Source of the DNA: Patescibacteria group bacterium | Lineage (GTDB): Bacteria; Patescibacteriota; Patescibacteriia; Patescibacteriales; UBA12465 | Reading direction: 5' to 3' | Assembly (NCBI GenBank): GCA_049317985.1 | Contig: JBMOHF010000005.1 | Location: forward strand, 1 to 61,357 | Length of the DNA stretch: 61,357 nucleotides | Shown: one piece after another, positions 57,632 through 61,357 of the stretch | Layout: each line of letters starts with the position of its first letter | Position numbering within the stretch: position 1 is the first letter of the stretch | The notes under the pieces: generated by a model | Database searches by the model: none | What the model was told of the DNA's origin: nothing | What the model saw: the letters and a program-made list of their open reading frames with translations, nothing else | Program-made: the position numbers and the translations under genes

Positions 57632-57931
57632 TTAAATATTATAAAATTTTAAAACAAACATCATTAAATTATAAAAAAATATTACAGAAACTAATAATCC
57701 AGCAGCTAAAATTAACTTGGTTTTTGTATCTTTTGCTTTTTTATATCTTTCAACGAGAATTGTTAGCCCACGCATAGCCGCTAAAGCGATAATGCTCAAA
57801 AAATAAAATGGCTTAAGGTATGAAGAAATTTGGCTATCGACTTGCGGAAGAATAGACCAAAACAAAATACTGGCGACAATAAAAATTAATAGCCCAATTA
57901 ACTGCATCAAATTTTCTTGTTTTATTTTCAT
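57632..57931 (-). CDS. hypothetical membrane protein (3 TM)
   Basis: Three hydrophobic segments. Confidence 0.62.
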   Translation of the reverse strand: MKIKQENLMQLIGLLIFIVASILFWSILPQVDSQISSYLKPFYFLSIIALAAMRGLTILVERYKKAKDTKTKLILAAGLLVSVIFFYNLMMFVLKFYNI

Positions 57932-57952
57932 AGATGTTGTTAATGTTATTAA

Positions 57953-58405
57953 TTACCAATTTTTTTCTTGTTCCTGAAATCTGGCAGCAGCAGCTTTGGT
58001 TAATTTTTCAATTTCCTCAGCAGTCGTTTCAGAACTCACTGGAACCACTATCTTACAAGTATGCATCTTTTCACCAATATAACTAACTTCTCTAATTTCC
58101 GTACCTTGCTCTTTGGCAATTTGCCTTGCCACCTCCTGGTTTTCTGGGGAAAGGGTATCAAAATTAATGATGATAATGGCCATGTGGAAATGCTCCATCA
58201 CTTCTTCCTTTTTCCAGATTGACTCAACTGTTCTAATGTTTTTATCATACAAATCTTCGCAGGCACTTAGCACTGGATAACCCACATTTTGAGCAATTTC
58301 TTGACGACTACCAAAAACCCTTGATGAGGGGTCCCCGGCGATGTCATTCACCCAAATTTTTGTGTGATCGACTGTAATTTTCTCAGATTCATATTTTTCC
58401 GACAT
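57953..58405 (-). CDS. hypothetical protein
   Basis: 150-aa ORF (ACEDLYDKNIRTVES). Confidence 0.65.
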   Translation of the reverse strand: MSEKYESEKITVDHTKIWVNDIAGDPSSRVFGSRQEIAQNVGYPVLSACEDLYDKNIRTVESIWKKEEVMEHFHMAIIIINFDTLSPENQEVARQIAKEQGTEIREVSYIGEKMHTCKIVVPVSSETTAEEIEKLTKAAAARFQEQEKNW

Positions 58406-58639
58406 ATTAATATTATTAAGCTTGTTTTATTGATACAAACTTATTACATAAAAACTACTTAACAAAGATTATTTTAAATTATAGCATAAAAATTATCTCC
58501 TGATATAACACTGGGTATTTCTAAAAATTTCGTTTACTTATTTTTTATAAATTTTTTTGCTCTAATACCTTGTTTATATTTTAAAAAATAGCCGATTTTT
58601 GGTCGGCTATTAATTTCAAGTGCTTTATTACAAAGCGCG

Positions 58640-59242
58640 CTATTCCCCTTCAGAAGGTTCAAGCGAGGATAAATTTGTTTCCGAAACGATAAAAGCAAAA
58701 CAGTCTCCCTTTTTATGAGTGACGAGTTTTAAAATATCGTTGTCTTGATTTAGGATTTTATTTTTGCGAATAAAATCCAATATAAATAATTGTGGCGGAA
58801 AATCCCCGGTCCCATTGTTAATTTCTTCAAGGCTTTTATTAAGGCCAAATAGCCTTTTTACGCCCATCTTTTTAAATTCCTCAATCGAAAATTCTTCACT
58901 GAGCAAACAAAACGCTTCAACATTTTTTATAACGTCAGCGCCGGGATGTAATAATTGACGAGCTTTTCTTCGAATTTTAGTGGTTGTCCGGTCTCGCCAG
59001 TCTGAAAACATATTCTCTGCCTTGACTATCGCGATTTCGTAAATCACGCCTTTAGTTGGTTTAAACTTTTGGCCGCAATCCATACTGAAGTCAAATACTT
59101 CCTGATCGAAGTTGTATTTGAAACGATCAGACACGATGATTCCCTTTTGGTCAAAGAGATTAATCCATCCTTTTTCCATTAATCCATAAGAAGTCACGGA
59201 TAAATTAATTATTCCGTCATTTTCATTCCAGGTATTTTCCAT
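58640..59242 (-). CDS. hypothetical protein
   Basis: 200-aa ORF with a terminator at 58584-58611 and a long upstream hairpin. Confidence 0.65.
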   Translation of the reverse strand: MENTWNENDGIINLSVTSYGLMEKGWINLFDQKGIIVSDRFKYNFDQEVFDFSMDCGQKFKPTKGVIYEIAIVKAENMFSDWRDRTTTKIRRKARQLLHPGADVIKNVEAFCLLSEEFSIEEFKKMGVKRLFGLNKSLEEINNGTGDFPPQLFILDFIRKNKILNQDNDILKLVTHKKGDCFAFIVSETNLSSLEPSEGE

Positions 59243-59476
59243 ATTATCGGATTTAAATTGTTACTAATTGAAATATTTCTAAACCCAATACTGATTCAAA
59301 AATATTTCAACTAATGCCAACTTTAAATCCTGATTTTAAAGAACGACTCCTATTTTGAAAACACTAAATCATTAATGTTTTCAAAAAGGGAGACGAGAGA
59401 TAAACTCTCGTCAAATCTTTTTGTTTTTTTCAGTTCCAAGATGTTTTCTCACCTTAGCCAATCGATATTTACTGCT

Positions 59477-59881
59477 TTATTCCAGTACGTCCTGTTTGAT
59501 CTTTTCTAATGGCTCCTCATTATCGAAGATTGATTTTAGCTTAATCTGGAATTCGTCTTCAAGAATAGCTATTTGATCATCTTCCGAGAATGGTCTTTTC
59601 AGGAATTCCCCTCTGATATGGAAACCGACATGACGATCACCGATATCCACACCTTTCACAAAAAATGATGGCGTCATATCTAATGGATAATATTTATATC
59701 CAAAAGCCAAAGTGCGCTTGCCCTCGACTATTATTGCTGATAAGTGGTTGATCAATAATATACAAAATTGACTAACCTCATTTAGATGAGCATCTGGGAT
59801 GCTAAGATATAATAAGTCGTCCTCGTGTCTAACGTGACAAACGTAGGATTCTCCACTTGGTAATGATATATTCATAGCCAT
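59477..59881 (-). CDS. hypothetical protein (start uncertain: ATG 59881/59875 or TTG near 59950)
   Basis: Promoter TTGACA(59993-59988)-17-TATAGT and boxA-like GTTCTTTGAAT upstream. Confidence 0.6.
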   Translation of the reverse strand: MAMNISLPSGESYVCHVRHEDDLLYLSIPDAHLNEVSQFCILLINHLSAIIVEGKRTLAFGYKYYPLDMTPSFFVKGVDIGDRHVGFHIRGEFLKRPFSEDDQIAILEDEFQIKLKSIFDNEEPLEKIKQDVLE

Positions 59882-60062
59882 GCCATCCGGACCAGCAAAT
59901 GCCAGTTTTCCACGCCTTTTCGTGGGTTTCTTACAACCGGTAAAATTCAAAGAACAGTTAAGTAACTATAGGATATTTACTATTAATTGTCAATAGCACC
60001 AACGCATTAGGTGCTCAGGCGAAAATTTCTACTCTTTCCGCCTGAGCATGACAGATGTCTTG

Positions 60063-60941
60063 TCACCAATTGCACCCATATGGTACTTGAGATGAAGGAC
60101 GAAAATTATCATTTTTGATAATTAATTCTTCCTTGTTTTGGTTCGGGAGACCTAGGTATTCCCTAACGTCTTTCCTCTTTAATACGGCTTCTAAAACCAA
60201 AGGGCTTTTATCTTTCTTTGCCAGGTAGACTGCCTTTCTTGGAGAAATGTCTGGTCTGACTAAAATAGAGATGCAGGTTGGGATATCAGCCATTCGAAGA
60301 CTTTTGAGCGCTACGTTTTGATGAATATCTAATCTCGACAAGATAACCTTCTTCATCTCATCGCAGATCGATTTATTGAGATAAAAATAGGCCTTCTCAA
60401 CGATGACGTCTGCCATAAATTCTTGCACGCGAGGCATTAATGAAATACTAAACCATAAATCACGACAGTCTAACCTTTTCGCAAAATTGAGCAGCATTTT
60501 AGTTTCAAGATTTTTAATGTCATTTCTTCTTAGAACACACGCGATATAATCATGTAGAGTATAAATCGGCTGCAGTTCTTTTGCATAAGACAAAGCTTGA
60601 AATATCGGCATATCATTCTTTCGTAATAAGATATAATACATGATGCTTGGATGTTCGGTGGCTGAGTCTGTCCCCAATAATATCGCAATCGCTTCTTCCC
60701 AGGAAATGTCATCTCTCTTTAGAATTTCCAGGCAAAGACTAAATACGCCAAGATCTTTTGCATATTTCAAAGCATCCTTTCCCTGAATATCTTTTCTTGT
60801 TAAGACACACTCCCACATTTTGTTCCACAAGTTCAAACCCAATTGACTCGAATTTACTTTTTGAGCTATATTAATAGCTTCTTTTTTGTTGCAAAACTTT
60901 TGGTTACCAAGTAATGAAACATTTTCGTTGGTTACTTTCAT
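60063..60941 (-). CDS. helical-repeat protein (recurring VLxRxDI/V)
   Basis: Repeats VLTRKDI, ILKRDDI, VLRRNDI, ILSRLDI, ILVRPDI and VLKRKDV. Start set at MKVTNEN (60941). Confidence 0.68.
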   Translation of the reverse strand: MKVTNENVSLLGNQKFCNKKEAINIAQKVNSSQLGLNLWNKMWECVLTRKDIQGKDALKYAKDLGVFSLCLEILKRDDISWEEAIAILLGTDSATEHPSIMYYILLRKNDMPIFQALSYAKELQPIYTLHDYIACVLRRNDIKNLETKMLLNFAKRLDCRDLWFSISLMPRVQEFMADVIVEKAYFYLNKSICDEMKKVILSRLDIHQNVALKSLRMADIPTCISILVRPDISPRKAVYLAKKDKSPLVLEAVLKRKDVREYLGLPNQNKEELIIKNDNFRPSSQVPYGCNW

Positions 60942-61357
60942 AATCTTAACTATTTTATTGTTAATGAACTTATCCCAGTCCTCACAAAACACGATGTCTT
61001 GCAATCTGGTTTTTAAATAGAAGCCTCTATGCAAAAACCAGACGACAAAATAAAACTCCCTTCGAGGGAGCAGTACTTGTAATCTGGTTTTTAGAAATTT
61101 ATCGTAAAAACTAACAGACAAGAAAGCCCCTCTCAAATGAGTGCTTTTTATTTTGCCAATTAGTAATTGTTAGGATAAATAAAGCCATATAATGATTTAA
61201 TTATTTCTATACTATCAAAAACAAATTAATTGTCAAGTAATTTGTGTGCAAAAACGCAGCGAAGCTTTGATAAATGAGCTACCGCCAGTCATAGGACTGG
61301 CAGTATCTTTTTATAGGGAGGCTAAACGCCTCCTTTGTTACTGTAGCGGCAATGAAG

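Noticed and set aside
45180..61240. Classical integron cassette array
   Set aside because: No intI, and no RYYYAAC...GTTRRRY attC pattern recognised. The units carry their own promoters and terminators.
1..61357. Alternative genetic code (UGA=Gly) as the explanation for truncated ORFs
   Set aside because: Very long Gly-rich ORFs contain no in-frame TGA, and the truncated genes are rescued by frameshift rather than readthrough.

Overview
AT-rich bacterial window using genetic code 11. It is most consistent with a Patescibacteria/CPR (Parcubacteria-type) genome; this is an inference from the short MetK, the CxxC-x17-CxxC protein, the MacAB-type ABC genes coupled to a giant surface protein, and the mostly SD-less genes. 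Recognisable content: a partial 5'-nucleotidase plus a Mesh1-like HD hydrolase, a UPF1/DNA2-like SF1 helicase, a deoxyhypusine-synthase-like enzyme, a CsoR-controlled copper operon (csoR, Cys/Pro leader-like ORF, HMA-DsbD2-cupredoxin protein, CopA with an extra duplicated C-terminal domain), metK behind a SAM-I riboswitch, a cold-shock protein, a DEAD-box helicase, two giant repeat surface proteins (15 RCC1-like repeats plus FN3; deacetylase/Ig/InlB-B/PG-binding), a beta-CASP nuclease, long-form purL and purN. No tRNA, rRNA, CRISPR array, integrase, transposase or reverse transcriptase was seen. The most interesting signals are non-coding. (i) Orphan genes are packaged as self-contained units (TTGACA promoter, boxA-like motif, gene, terminator), and some junctions are related in sequence. 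(ii) One such unit (about 49827-50077, minus strand) has no ORF and looks like a structured ncRNA. (iii) Several highly structured leaders occur (6816-7087, 59249-59412, 60958-61122). (iv) A candidate metal-sensing leader peptide with an attenuator sits in the copper operon. (v) Several Bacteroidetes-style secreted proteins are present, including a stand-alone T9SS-CTD-like protein. (vi) Two genes are split by single-base shifts in A-tracts. All family calls and RNA folds were made by eye, without searches or folding software.
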